DNA of 42,852 nt from Promethearchaeota archaeon (GTDB lineage Archaea > Asgardarchaeota > Lokiarchaeia > Sigyniarchaeales > SOKP01), in NCBI GenBank assembly GCA_048941265.1, contig JBHLNT010000019.1, positions 1-42,852 of the forward strand, written 5' to 3'. Shown here piece by piece: positions 17,189 through 27,697 of this stretch. Each line of letters opens with the position of its first letter. The first letter of the stretch is position 1. Made by a program: the position numbers and the translations under genes. The notes beneath the pieces were generated by a model. It made no database searches. It was not told the origin of the DNA and saw only the letters and a program-made list of their open reading frames with translations.

Positions 17189-17355
17189 TTAAAATTTTTT
17201 ATTTAACCGAATTATAAAAGTGACTTCTTTATTTCTTCCTTCCGACTCCACAAAAATATTAAATCCATGTAATTCAACGATTTCTTTTAAAATGTATAAT
17301 CTAAGTCCCTATCTTCAATATTCACATCAAATTCTACTCCATACCGTTCAATTTA
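17189..17355 (-). pseudogene. Relic of a histidine kinase HATPase C-terminus
   Basis: IERYGVEFDVNIED /frameshift/ GLRLYILKEIVELHGFNIFVESEGRNKEVTFIIRL resembles GxGLGLYISKEIVELHGGxIxxESEGxxKGSTF, with lost glycines and no upstream ORF. Confidence 0.7.
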
Positions 17356-17547
17356 GATTCTTTAAATATTATTTTAAAGTATCTTAATAGAGAGATGAAA
17401 TATTTAATTGATTAAAAATCTATGAAATGTTAAGTATTTCTTAAATATATTAGAGCTTATTTTATCGATTTTAACAAAATTCTGTACTGATATCTACACT
17501 TTTCTTTCTAACAGACTATTACCCACTTAAAAAAAATACTAGGGATA

Positions 17548-18948
17548 TTATAATCCCATTTTAATTAATTTTTCCTTATTTAGAATAGCCTCTTCTTTAG
17601 AAATATTATATAGAAAAACAAAACAAATAGCTCCAACTAATAGTATTACCATAGGTATCAGAGACATTTGAAGTTTTAAACCAAATTTAGCAAACTCACT
17701 ATTTTTTGTTCCAAGTGCGGGATTGTATCCAGTAATAGAAGCAACAATAGTAAAAATTAGAGTTTGAAGAAAGTACGAAAATGCTGAAAATACTCTCAAA
17801 ACACCATTATAACTGCCTTCTTCTCTTTTTCCTGAATTTATAGCAGCGTTATCAATTCCCTCTGCCCATAGCAGATTAAATACCACGCCAAATGTTGCAC
17901 TAAAGCCAATTCCGGCAAAAGCAAATACTAATATTAGACTAGTAATATCATTTACGAAAAAGAGTAAGAAATAACCTATTATATTAAAAAATATAGCAGT
18001 AATGTATGTTTTTTTCACTCCAATCTTTTTTGTAATCCAAATCCATATAGGGCTACAAGCAAAACTTACAATACCTAAAAATAACAGAGGAAATGCAGTA
18101 TAACCTATATTTAATCCAAGATAATGTGTCACAAAAAAATTTAATCCATATATGAAACATGCTCCAGCTATTGCCCAGCAGAAATTTACTAGTATAATAG
18201 CCATCCAGTTTTTATCATTAAAAATACGAGTTAATATTTCTTTTATCGAAGATGAGGCTCTTTCTGTAATATCTAACTCTGCTCGAAATTTCTTCATTTC
18301 CTGAGGTTCATAAACTCCTCTACTATAAGGAATTACTAAAATATATACAAGAACAAGTACAATAGAGACAGTGCTAATATAGGCAGAATTAGTTAAACCT
18401 CCCAAATTCGAAATCAACAAAGGTATCATAATTGCTGTGAATATTCCTATTACTCCACCTATAATGCCTGCAATCACAGACACTTTACGTCTTTCTGAAA
18501 GTTCTCGGAATAGATCGGGAAATAAAGCTGAGTGATTTACTTCATATAAGGTTAAGAAAGTTTCATATAGAACCATCATAAGACCTAGCCATATAGCTAG
18601 GATTATAACATTATTCGAAATCGGAATAAAACATAATAATAACAGCATCGGACTTATAATTACTCCAATCATAATCCATGGGAACCTTTTTCCAAGTTTA
18701 GAAGTTAATTTTTTATGCCGGTCTGCTAAATAACCAATTACTGGATCATTAATACCATCAACAATTGAGTAAAAAAGATAAATTAAAGGAATTATTGTTA
18801 ATGGTATTAAAAGCACAACTGCAGCATAATATTGTATTTGACCCCACATTGCAAATAAAAATCCACTAATTACTGTGTTCAAAGAAAAAAACACTATTTT
18901 TTTAGTAGTTATTTCTTCTGCATACTTTGTTTTTGAATTTTCTATCAT
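17548..18948 (-). CDS. MFS transporter, GPH (MelB-like) family
   Basis: DGINDPVIGYLAD, GKRFPW and GKREEGSYNG motifs; about 12 TM. Confidence 0.88.
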   Translation of the reverse strand: MIENSKTKYAEEITTKKIVFFSLNTVISGFLFAMWGQIQYYAAVVLLIPLTIIPLIYLFYSIVDGINDPVIGYLADRHKKLTSKLGKRFPWIMIGVIISPMLLLLCFIPISNNVIILAIWLGLMMVLYETFLTLYEVNHSALFPDLFRELSERRKVSVIAGIIGGVIGIFTAIMIPLLISNLGGLTNSAYISTVSIVLVLVYILVIPYSRGVYEPQEMKKFRAELDITERASSSIKEILTRIFNDKNWMAIILVNFCWAIAGACFIYGLNFFVTHYLGLNIGYTAFPLLFLGIVSFACSPIWIWITKKIGVKKTYITAIFFNIIGYFLLFFVNDITSLILVFAFAGIGFSATFGVVFNLLWAEGIDNAAINSGKREEGSYNGVLRVFSAFSYFLQTLIFTIVASITGYNPALGTKNSEFAKFGLKLQMSLIPMVILLVGAICFVFLYNISKEEAILNKEKLIKMGL

Positions 18949-18990
18949 TTTTTTTCAATCTGTTTTTTTTATTTAAATTTTTTAATATAA

Positions 18991-19034
18991 TAAATTATAT
19001 ATGTCAATTTATATAAATGATATATGTTAATTTA
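18991..19034. promoter_or_regulatory. Candidate TetR operators: two imperfect 21-bp palindromes
   Basis: TAAATTATATATGTCAATTTA (18991-19011) and TAAATGATATATGTTAATTTA (19014-19034) between divergent MFS and TetR genes. Confidence 0.45.
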
Positions 19035-19169
19035 CATATGAAATAGATAACAAATTCAATAATTGAAATTTATTATATAAAAACATTAAATAGCAAACAT
19101 GTATATTTTAAAATTTAAAATTATAACGTAAAAAAATTAGATATTTAATTCCCATACATTATTAAAAAT

Positions 19170-19838
19170 ATGGAAAAAAAAATTAAAAGAAGAGCAAAAG
19201 CCCCTGAAAAGAAGGCTAAGAAATTCGAGGAAATCATAAATACTGGAAAAGAAATGCTTCGAAAGCACGGGACAAAGGGTTTGAGTATTCGCGCGATAGC
19301 AAAAAAGTTAGGTATGGCGCAAACTAATCTTTATAATTATGTGAAATCTAAACGCGAATTATGGATTGCGATTAGATCATCATATTATAATGAATATTTG
19401 CATCCTTTAGATGGAATTATTAAGAATCATAAAGGATCATATCCTGAACTTTTTTATAAAATTTCTAAATTTTTCCTTGATTTTGCGAGTATTGATTATC
19501 ACCGCTTTGAAATCATGTTTTTAATTTCAGCCCCTAAATCAACAACAAAGGGTCCATTTGAAAAAGTGTATGAACCATTTCAAATAACAAAACGAATTTT
19601 AGAATTAATAAAAAAAGGAGTTAATGAAACTGGAGTTGAACCAGGTGAAATACTCAAATCATTCTATCATGACCTTAGTTTACTTATTGGAGCCGCTAAA
19701 ATGGAAGCAGATCTTAGGGATCATTTTGAAATTAAGGACCCTTTTGAGATTAAATCATATATCAATTCGCCTTTAGATTTTAGACAATATATCTTAGAAA
19801 GAATTAAAAAGAACCTTGAAAACTATGAAATTAAATAA
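19170..19838 (+). CDS. TetR/AcrR-family regulator
   Basis: LSIRAIAKKLGMAQTNLYNYVKSKREL helix-turn-helix. Confidence 0.9.
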   Translation: MEKKIKRRAKAPEKKAKKFEEIINTGKEMLRKHGTKGLSIRAIAKKLGMAQTNLYNYVKSKRELWIAIRSSYYNEYLHPLDGIIKNHKGSYPELFYKISKFFLDFASIDYHRFEIMFLISAPKSTTKGPFEKVYEPFQITKRILELIKKGVNETGVEPGEILKSFYHDLSLLIGAAKMEADLRDHFEIKDPFEIKSYINSPLDFRQYILERIKKNLENYEIK

Positions 19839-20070
19839 AATAATTCCATTTAATACATTGTACTTTAAATTGATTGGTATTATTAAGCTTAATTTCATTT
19901 CATAAGCAATTTTTCTAAGCTTCATAAAAAGGTAATAATTTGGATTTCATTCAATGATTATTTAAAAATAAACGTATATTTGTCACTCTAATTTATATAA
20001 GATTATTAATTAACATATATAATTAATATTTAAAAAGATAGATTTTTATATTTTTTCTAAGATTAGATAA

Positions 20071-20808
20071 GTGATTATTATGACTTTAGGGGATTTACCT
20101 GAAATAGAGTTATTTCATGGAATATTTACATTAATAAATGTAATTATTTCAATTGTAATTGGATTGAGAATTGCCTCAAAATATGTTGAATATAAACGAA
20201 AAGAATTATTAACTGTTGGACTTAGTCTAACTTTTGGAGGTTCAGTTTATTGGTCAAGCGTGATAGCATTTATTACTATTATTTTTTTTAATTATGAACC
20301 GGGATTAGCATTTCACATGGCTTTCCACATCTTTCCTCCTATTGGTTTACTTCTATGGATTTATTCAATTTCTCTACTACTTTATCCAAAATCACTGAAA
20401 AAAATCGTTGTTATTTTTACAGTAATTTGTATGGTATATGAGTTCTTTCTTTTATATTACTTACTAACAGACCCTTCCTTGCTTGGCCGGCGTACTGGCA
20501 TTATTCTTAATGAAACATATCTTTTAATCAATAGTTTTCTATTATTTTCGGTATCAGTAATAGTTATTACAACAGTTTTATTCACACGGCAATCGCTTAA
20601 ATCAGATGACCCTAGAATTCGATGGAAAGGGAAATTTATATTTATCGGGACAATACTCTTTCTGATAGCTGGTACAATCGGCATTATAATTCCGGATTCA
20701 CCTGTTCAAATTGTATTAACAAGAACAATATACATAATTGGTTCTATTGCGAGTTATATAGGTTGGTTATTACCAGAACGGATTGCAAAGTTGCTTATAA
20801 AAGATTAA
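20071..20808 (+). CDS. Stand-alone 7TM membrane protein (paralogue of 594 and 29250)
   Basis: About 7 TM; SDDPRIRWKGK and YIGWLLP motifs. Likely start is ATG 20080. Confidence 0.7.
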   Translation: MIIMTLGDLPEIELFHGIFTLINVIISIVIGLRIASKYVEYKRKELLTVGLSLTFGGSVYWSSVIAFITIIFFNYEPGLAFHMAFHIFPPIGLLLWIYSISLLLYPKSLKKIVVIFTVICMVYEFFLLYYLLTDPSLLGRRTGIILNETYLLINSFLLFSVSVIVITTVLFTRQSLKSDDPRIRWKGKFIFIGTILFLIAGTIGIIIPDSPVQIVLTRTIYIIGSIASYIGWLLPERIAKLLIKD

Positions 20809-20982
20809 TTTTTATTTTTTTTTATTTGAAGATTAATAGAGAAATTCGATTTAAAAAATAATGATTACCTAAAAATATAGGTAATTAGAAAACTAAAAAA
20901 TAAAAAACTAAAAAATAAGAAATTATTAGAAAAATAGCAATAATTAATTTGCTGTAGTAATTTTTAATATCATTTCAGCTAA

Positions 20983-21231
20983 TTGATTATTAAAAAGTTA
21001 TCTATAAATAATCTACATATCGTATATCCTAAATTGTATATAATTTCTTTCACTCTTCACCGTATCAACTTTGATACCATAGATAATCGATTAGAAAATT
21101 TATGGGTTTGTGAAAAACATGAGGGTCACAATTCAATCCACGCGAGCTTATTAAACATGATTCAACCTTTAATTAAATCTGGCTTACTCGCTTTCAAAGA
21201 GGGTAAATATTATTTAAATTATGAAGAATAA
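20983..21231 (+). pseudogene. HNH endonuclease C-terminal fragment
   Basis: LHRINFDTIDNRLENLWVCEKHEGHNSIH matches HH-IN-D--DNR-ENL---H with the second His changed to Arg; the N-terminal part looks non-coding. Confidence 0.55.
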
Positions 21232-21239
21232 CAAAAAGT

Positions 21240-21884
21240 TTAATGCTCTGTTGTTATTTGTAAAATCATTTGCGCTACTTGATCATTATAGGATTCTATG
21301 TCCTCAAATCCCTCCACCGTCTCGCCACATGTAATGAAAAAATCCTGGATCGCAATCTTCCGATCTTTAAAAAATCCCTCGATCTCCTTTTTCATCTCTT
21401 CTATCTTCTTTTTAACCTGGGTTTTATTCCCCTTAATTAAGTCAATTTTGTTGATACACGCATAAATTTTATCTGGAAAAAATCGAATGTCGTTAAAAAA
21501 TTTAAATTGAATTTCTAATTCTCTGTCGCATGAAAATACGGCAATAATCTGCGTAGCTATGCGGGATATGGTTATAACGCCCATCTTAACGACTGCTCTG
21601 TTAACATCTCCGCCCGGTCCGAAAATAGTATGTGCCCTGTTAGTGTCATCTTCCCGAAAAACTACTCGGTTAGGGTGGATTGTTTTTGTTTCTTTTTGAT
21701 TGAGCTTATCTTCCTTTTCACCTCCAGGGAGCGTTGCTTCTCCGCTGAAATCAGTTTTTACCACCGTGCATTTCTTTCCGCCTTCCACGTTTTCAATTTC
21801 GCCCTTATTTAAATATCTGACAAAGAGCCGCAATATAGAAGTTTTTCCAACGCTGATATCTCCTAATAAACCGATATTAACCAT
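21240..21884 (-). CDS. Atypical small P-loop GTPase (Ras/MglA-like)
   Basis: G1 GDISVGKT, G2 KT, G3 altered to FGPGG, G4 NKID. Real start is most likely ATG 21884, adjacent to the upstream gene's stop. Confidence 0.7.
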   Translation of the reverse strand: MVNIGLLGDISVGKTSILRLFVRYLNKGEIENVEGGKKCTVVKTDFSGEATLPGGEKEDKLNQKETKTIHPNRVVFREDDTNRAHTIFGPGGDVNRAVVKMGVITISRIATQIIAVFSCDRELEIQFKFFNDIRFFPDKIYACINKIDLIKGNKTQVKKKIEEMKKEIEGFFKDRKIAIQDFFITCGETVEGFEDIESYNDQVAQMILQITTEH

Positions 21885-21885
21885 T

Positions 21886-22698
21886 TTAAGCCCCCTCCAG
21901 TAGTTTATTAAGCAATAATTCATAATCTTCAATAAGATATTGCTCAAGGTACGCATTATTATGACTGTTGATGAAGCCAATCATCACTTCTTTTAGATTT
22001 TTCGCTCCTTTGACGTATTTTTGAATATTTTCTGATGTACTATCCGTGGTAAATGCCTTTGCTTTATTCTCAAATCCAAAATTTTTTCGAGGTGGCAGAG
22101 AGTTGAAAAATCCAAAGGCAGAATACCCTTCATACTGAAAAAACACAAAGAATCTTGATTTGATATTAGTGATTATTTCCGAGAGGTAAACTGACGGATA
22201 AATTTCCCCTAAAGTTAAATCTTCGTCTTGCTGAATAACAAAATATGGAGAAATCGGCGAAACTTGACTTCCGTACATTTCTTTTGGAGGCAATGAGATA
22301 AAGGGTAATTTCTCTTCTACTATTGACCATAAATCTTCTCTTTTATTTGTAAGTAAAAGGTCTTTTATCTCATCATACGCAAAATAAAAATCTGCCTGAA
22401 GTGATAATAAAGAACTTAAATATACAGATAAAGATGCAAATGTAGCTTCTAATAGTGGTTGTCTTCCACCTTTATCAGTAGGTTTCACTGCTCCTTTCCA
22501 AGCACGCAATGCACTATAAACGTAACCCTTTACGTCGAAGAAATTCCCGCAGAGAAAAATAAATGATGGGGGATCGCTCTTTCCTCCAGGGGATAAAAGT
22601 TGAATTGCTTTATTAATTAAAATGTCTTCTAAATTTTCATCTTTAAACTTAGAATGAACTTGTGGCATTTGTAGCCATGATGTTTTCTTTTTCGCCAA
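21886..22698 (-). CDS. Hypothetical protein coupled to the GTPase gene
   Basis: 270-aa ORF ending 1 nt before the GTPase ATG; TTG start after a GGT-rich motif. Confidence 0.6.
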   Translation of the reverse strand: MAKKKTSWLQMPQVHSKFKDENLEDILINKAIQLLSPGGKSDPPSFIFLCGNFFDVKGYVYSALRAWKGAVKPTDKGGRQPLLEATFASLSVYLSSLLSLQADFYFAYDEIKDLLLTNKREDLWSIVEEKLPFISLPPKEMYGSQVSPISPYFVIQQDEDLTLGEIYPSVYLSEIITNIKSRFFVFFQYEGYSAFGFFNSLPPRKNFGFENKAKAFTTDSTSENIQKYVKGAKNLKEVMIGFINSHNNAYLEQYLIEDYELLLNKLLEGA

Positions 22699-22828
22699 TC
22701 TTACCTACACCCAATTATTATTATAAATTTTAAAATGGACGAACGTATTAATTTTTTATTATTTATTAAAACAAAATATTATCTCAATATATTTTTTTGC
22801 TTCTGATTGGAATGTCAATCTTTTGATT

Positions 22829-23449
22829 TTAATTCTGGGATTTGATCATAAAAAGTAATTCTCTAATTTTATCTGTAATTAAATCATAGTCATTAATCGA
22901 TGTAATATTAGTGATCTGTATCTTTTCAATGATGTCTGAATTTTTAAATCCAATATATTTCAATTTCAATTCTGGATGCTTCTCTTTTATTGGAATTAAA
23001 GCCCCTCTCAAAAAGATGCTAATAAATTCTTCTGACGTTTCTTTGATATGTCTTGTCTCTGGATCGATAAATTTAATTTCAATTTGATTAAAATCAGTAA
23101 AATTTAACACACATAAAAGGTCTTGATCATCTTTAGAAAATATTTTTCTTTTTATTTTGGTTCCTTTCGCTTTTTCAACGGGAATTTCTTCTTGAAAATA
23201 GTCCTCCACCGAGATTTCTTCTTTTTCTGATGTATCCAATGTTTTATGATATAATTCATCGGCACTATGAAAAGACTTATTGGATACAATAGAATTAAGG
23301 TGGGTTAGAACTTCCTTTAATTCAGTTATCTCTAATTGTAATTCATCAAGCTGTTCTTTTTTTTTGTAATACAGATTTTGAATACTACTTAAAATTTTGC
23401 TTAGTTTTTCGATTTCTTTTTCCTTATCTTGTCTGTCCATTGAGGTCAT
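22829..23449 (-). CDS. Hypothetical protein with N-terminal coiled coil
   Basis: 206-aa ORF with a heptad-rich N-terminus. Confidence 0.6.
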   Translation of the reverse strand: MTSMDRQDKEKEIEKLSKILSSIQNLYYKKKEQLDELQLEITELKEVLTHLNSIVSNKSFHSADELYHKTLDTSEKEEISVEDYFQEEIPVEKAKGTKIKRKIFSKDDQDLLCVLNFTDFNQIEIKFIDPETRHIKETSEEFISIFLRGALIPIKEKHPELKLKYIGFKNSDIIEKIQITNITSINDYDLITDKIRELLFMIKSQN

Positions 23450-23543
23450 ATATGTTTTAATAGAAATTAAATATATTTATATTAAGATTATTTATAAATA
23501 TAAATCCTAATCAAATTAAGTAATTTTTTCCAAGGTATAAAAA

Positions 23544-24419
23544 ATGCAAACCATGATTATAACTCCCAATCCAGAAGACCCAGAGGTTAAATTATTAACA
23601 TCTGAATTTAATAAAAGAGGATACGATGTTCAATATTTTATTCCATCAACTATTAAAGTGAAAGTTAATATCAGCAAATTTGAAGACCAATTTATCAATC
23701 TCGAACCAAGACGCATCTTAGTAAGAGGATTCGGGGCAAATGTAACTCAAAAAATTTTTTTCAGACTCGATATATTGAGAGCTATTGAGAAATATGGAAT
23801 TAGGCTAATAAATTCTAGGGAATCCTTAGAGATTGCGAGTGATAAATTTTTAACATCTGTTTTTTTAGAAAAGCATGATATTCCGACACCTAGAACAATA
23901 ATTTGTGAGGATCCCCATGATGCTTTGCAAATGTATGAAGAACTTGGGGGTGATGTGATTCTTAAGCCTTTATTTGGTTCAAAAGGTATTGGAATCTCAC
24001 GATTAAATGATAAAGGATTTGCAGAAAATGTAATAATTACTTTAGGTCAGCTAAATGAGGTTTTTTATTTACAGGAGTTCATTGAACACTATAATCGCGA
24101 TATTAGAATTTTCGTTATTGGAAATGAGGCGATCGCTGGCATGTATCGGGTAAGTGATAATTGGAAGACAAACGTGTATGCTGGTGCAGAAGTTAAGCCA
24201 TTAGAACTTACAGAGGAATTAGCAAAATTAGCAATCAAATCAGCGCAGGTTACTAAAACTGAAATCGCTGGGATTGATATATTAGAAAGCGAAGATGGGT
24301 ACTATGTAATTGAAGTAAATTCAATCCCCGGTTTCACTGCTTTACAAAAAGTTGTTGATGTTAATATTCCTGAACGAATTATCACTTATTTTTTGGAAGA
24401 AGTTGAGAAAAATTCTTGA
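23544..24419 (+). CDS. RimK/MptN/CofF-family ATP-grasp alpha-L-glutamate ligase
   Basis: DKF, IPTPRT, LKPLFGSKGIG, YLQEFI, DIRIFVIG, WKTNV, GIDIL and IEVNSIPGF motifs. Confidence 0.88.
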   Translation: MQTMIITPNPEDPEVKLLTSEFNKRGYDVQYFIPSTIKVKVNISKFEDQFINLEPRRILVRGFGANVTQKIFFRLDILRAIEKYGIRLINSRESLEIASDKFLTSVFLEKHDIPTPRTIICEDPHDALQMYEELGGDVILKPLFGSKGIGISRLNDKGFAENVIITLGQLNEVFYLQEFIEHYNRDIRIFVIGNEAIAGMYRVSDNWKTNVYAGAEVKPLELTEELAKLAIKSAQVTKTEIAGIDILESEDGYYVIEVNSIPGFTALQKVVDVNIPERIITYFLEEVEKNS

Positions 24420-24593
24420 AAAAACGATTAAAATCCTTTTTTTGACATTTTTTAGTTTTTTAATTTAAAGATTGATGTTTCATTTTGGGTAATTTTTGCA
24501 ACATTGCGAAAAATTTAAATAGGCAACATTGCATAATAATCATAAGTTGAAATAATTTGAAAAAAAAGTAAAAAAAATGGGAGGTGATTAAAA

Positions 24594-24794
24594 TTGCTTG
24601 ATAAAAAAATAGAGGGATATAAAAGAGATATAGCACAGGCAAAAGAACTTAAAAAAAGGAAATATGCTGATCAAGATTATTACAATGAGATAATAGCCAA
24701 ATTCGAAAAATTATTGAGTTTTTATGAGCGATTAAAAGAGAATTCGGAAGTTTTAGATCTGAGCAATACCTCCCAAATTAAAATAACGTCTTGA
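24594..24794 (+). CDS. Small helical hypothetical protein
   Basis: Strong GGAGGTGA motif upstream; charged helical 66-aa ORF. Confidence 0.55.
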   Translation: MLDKKIEGYKRDIAQAKELKKRKYADQDYYNEIIAKFEKLLSFYERLKENSEVLDLSNTSQIKITS

Positions 24795-24845
24795 AAATTT
24801 AGAAATTAGATAGATGAATGTAAAAAAAATCAATGGTGATTTATT

Positions 24846-25256
24846 ATGTCAACACTTAAAATAATAAAGGATGAGGAAATAGACGATAAAAAATCATATT
24901 TAGATTCTCTTAGGAAAATTTTGAAAAAATTATTATTTATTATACCCGAAGTGAGAATGGCAGCAATTTTGTCGCAAGATGGATTACCAATAGCTTCAAC
25001 GCTTTCACATGACATTGATGAAACACAAATAGCGGCATTAACTGCATCAATTTTATGCATGGCTGAAAAAACTTCTTTAAAATTACGAGCAGGTTTTTTG
25101 GAACAGATATGCATACATTGTTCTGATCGCAATTTACTGATTTTAACAGCAGGTCAAAATGCTATTTTAACGGTTTCCACCACTAAAAATGTGAACATTG
25201 ATCTAATTTTTCTTGGCTGTAGAAAAATATGTGAAGAAATTGCCTCAATCGTATAA
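24846..25256 (+). CDS. Roadblock/LC7 domain protein
   Basis: AAILSQDGLPIASTL...IAALTASIL...AGQNAILTV. Confidence 0.9.
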   Translation: MSTLKIIKDEEIDDKKSYLDSLRKILKKLLFIIPEVRMAAILSQDGLPIASTLSHDIDETQIAALTASILCMAEKTSLKLRAGFLEQICIHCSDRNLLILTAGQNAILTVSTTKNVNIDLIFLGCRKICEEIASIV

Positions 25257-25364
25257 AAAGATTCAACTATAAACCAAGAAAATCTATGATTTTTGCATAA
25301 ACTGTAAAATTTGGAAATTAAGGAGATTTTAAAGAAAAATTGAAACAAGATTGAAGATAAATTA

Positions 25365-26624
25365 ATGACGAAAGCTTCTTTTAAAATTTTAGTGGTTGGT
25401 GCTTCTGGGGTTGGTAAAACTACTCTTCTTGAGCAAATTGTAAAAGGAAAATCCAAAAAAGATGCTAAAGAGACCATAGGAGTAAGTTTTTATACACATG
25501 AAGTTTATATTGATGATGAAAAGTATCTACTGCAATTTTGGGACTTTATACAGAAAGAAAGATTTGAGTTTCTTTTTAGAACTTACGTGAAAGGTACAAA
25601 TGCAGCCATTATTGTGTTTGATTGGTCCAGAGTTGATACCTTAATTTATGTCCAGGCATATCTTAAAATGATTCGAGAAGCAATCAAGTCGAATATACCA
25701 TTCTTAATTGTTGGCAATAAAACAGATTTGGTTGATGACTTAGATTCATTTAATAGAACTGCTATTCGTGAAATTTTTGATGAGGAGGGAGGCTTTTACA
25801 TAGAAAGTTCAAAGAATAATACAGAAAATTTAGAAAAAGCCTTTATAGAATTGATACGAAGAATTGGCGAATTAGAAGTAATTGAAGTTTTAGGAAAAAA
25901 TACTAATTTAAAGATTTTAATAGCTTTAAATATCTTTTCTGAATTAACGTTAAATAAGCTTGCCAGTCTTACAAATAAAAGCAAGGCCACCCTTTCCCGT
26001 TATACCAGATCGCTAGAAAAATCTGGACTTGTTAAATCATATAATAAAGAAAAAGAGAAACAACCAGGTTCTATTAAGAAGAAATTTTATACAGCGAATT
26101 TTAATTTAGATGTTAATTTGAAAGATATAGATTTTAGCAATATTGATAAAAAATCTATAAAAGAAATTAAGTTATTTAGGGGAGAATTAAATAGAAAGTT
26201 ATACACAATTTTGATTTATGATCAATTCAATAATATGTTAAATAATCTTATTGTTAAGTTTCCGGGAGGAAAATGGACAACCACGCCTTTAATATTATCT
26301 TCTCTCAAGGATAGGAACAGGAGTAAGGATATAAGTAATATCATTGATCTTTTTATAAAACTTTCAATTAACTTACGGTTTTTAAATGAAAATCAGTATT
26401 ATAAGCTAGAATCCTTAAAACGCGAATTCTATATAAAATTTAACAAGATTCTGGAAGAAGATGATGGTTCAAAAAAAAATTATGTTTACATAGATGCAGT
26501 CTTACCGATTTTACAATTAATGGAGCTAGAGGGATTTCAATATAAAAAAGATCCAGATGCGCTTAAAAAATTAACTGAGCAAATCGATAAATTAAGACAA
26601 GAAAGGAAAAGTAAAAACGATTAA
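25365..26624 (+). CDS. Rab-like small GTPase fused to a winged-helix (ArsR/MarR-like) domain
   Basis: GASGVGKT, TIGVSF, WDFIQKERF, VGNKTD, ESSK; then LTLNKLASLTNKSKATLSRYTRSLEKSGLV wHTH. Confidence 0.85.
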   Translation: MTKASFKILVVGASGVGKTTLLEQIVKGKSKKDAKETIGVSFYTHEVYIDDEKYLLQFWDFIQKERFEFLFRTYVKGTNAAIIVFDWSRVDTLIYVQAYLKMIREAIKSNIPFLIVGNKTDLVDDLDSFNRTAIREIFDEEGGFYIESSKNNTENLEKAFIELIRRIGELEVIEVLGKNTNLKILIALNIFSELTLNKLASLTNKSKATLSRYTRSLEKSGLVKSYNKEKEKQPGSIKKKFYTANFNLDVNLKDIDFSNIDKKSIKEIKLFRGELNRKLYTILIYDQFNNMLNNLIVKFPGGKWTTTPLILSSLKDRNRSKDISNIIDLFIKLSINLRFLNENQYYKLESLKREFYIKFNKILEEDDGSKKNYVYIDAVLPILQLMELEGFQYKKDPDALKKLTEQIDKLRQERKSKND

Positions 26625-26762
26625 ATAGAATTTAAAAAAAGAATTTTAAAATCCGAATTAAAGCTATCTATAATCAATATAATAATTTTCACATTTAACA
26701 AATAATTAATATTAAAAAATTGAATTTCATAAAACTAAATAAAAAAAGGAAGTAACCCTAAT

Positions 26763-27641
26763 ATGAAAGATTTTAAAGGTAAAGTGGCAGTTATCACTGG
26801 TGCGGCTAGTGGTATTGGTCGTGGAATTGCCAACAGAGCAGTTAAGGAAGGCATGAAAGTAGTTTTAGCTGATATAGAGGCAGACGCATTAAGACAAGCA
26901 GAAAAAGAGCTAAAATCTTCTGGAGCAACTATATTAGCAATATTGACAGATGTTTCGAAAGCTGAAGATATTGAAATGCTAGCGCAAAAAACCATAGATA
27001 CGTTTGGGGAAGTCCATTTATTATGTAATAATGCGGGCACTGCTCCATATGGAGTTACGTGGGAATGTTCCCTTTCCGACTGGAAATGGATTATTGATGT
27101 AAACTTATGGGGCGTGATTCATGGTGTTCGGACTTTTATACCCATCATGTTGAAACAAGATAATGAATGTCACATTGTAAATACGGCTTCTCTTTCTGGT
27201 CTAATGGCAAATGAGATTGGACAAGGAATGTATATAGTAACAAAATATGGAGTTGTGGGCTTGACTGAGATTATCGCTAAAGAACTTTCCCTTTTGAAAT
27301 CAAAAATTAAGGTTCATGCACTTTGCCCGGGAATGGTAAAAACAAGACTTATTGATTGCGAGCGAAATCGTCCTGATGAATTATGTGATGATATTACTGA
27401 ACATATAGGTCATCCTGAATTGGCACAAGTCTGGGAAGCTATGTATGGATTAGCTAAAGCGGGAGAATTACCTGATAAGGTTGGTGATATTGTATTTGAA
27501 GCAATTAAAGAGGATATCTTCTATATTTTAACCGATACCAAGCTTTATTATAGAAGAATGATCCAAACTCGAAATGAGGATATCATGGAAGCATATAAAC
27601 AGAATAAAAAAATACATAAATTACTAGAGAAGAAGTATTAA
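26763..27641 (+). CDS. Short-chain dehydrogenase/reductase
   Basis: TGAASGIG, NNAG and YIVTK motifs. Confidence 0.92.
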   Translation: MKDFKGKVAVITGAASGIGRGIANRAVKEGMKVVLADIEADALRQAEKELKSSGATILAILTDVSKAEDIEMLAQKTIDTFGEVHLLCNNAGTAPYGVTWECSLSDWKWIIDVNLWGVIHGVRTFIPIMLKQDNECHIVNTASLSGLMANEIGQGMYIVTKYGVVGLTEIIAKELSLLKSKIKVHALCPGMVKTRLIDCERNRPDELCDDITEHIGHPELAQVWEAMYGLAKAGELPDKVGDIVFEAIKEDIFYILTDTKLYYRRMIQTRNEDIMEAYKQNKKIHKLLEKKY

Positions 27642-27697
27642 TATATTTATTTCTCTATTAATTCTTAATATAACAATAAAAAGGAGGTCCAATAATT

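Noticed and set aside
20885-20925. aaaactaaaaaata short tandem repeat
   Set aside because: Low-complexity A-rich intergenic sequence with no further structure.
21885-21980. N-terminal extension of the GTPase ORF to 21980
   Set aside because: It overlaps the upstream gene; the G1 strand begins right at ATG 21884.
24460-27040. Minus-strand ORFs 24460, 24830, 25154, 25796 and 26735
   Set aside because: Antisense to well-supported plus-strand genes.
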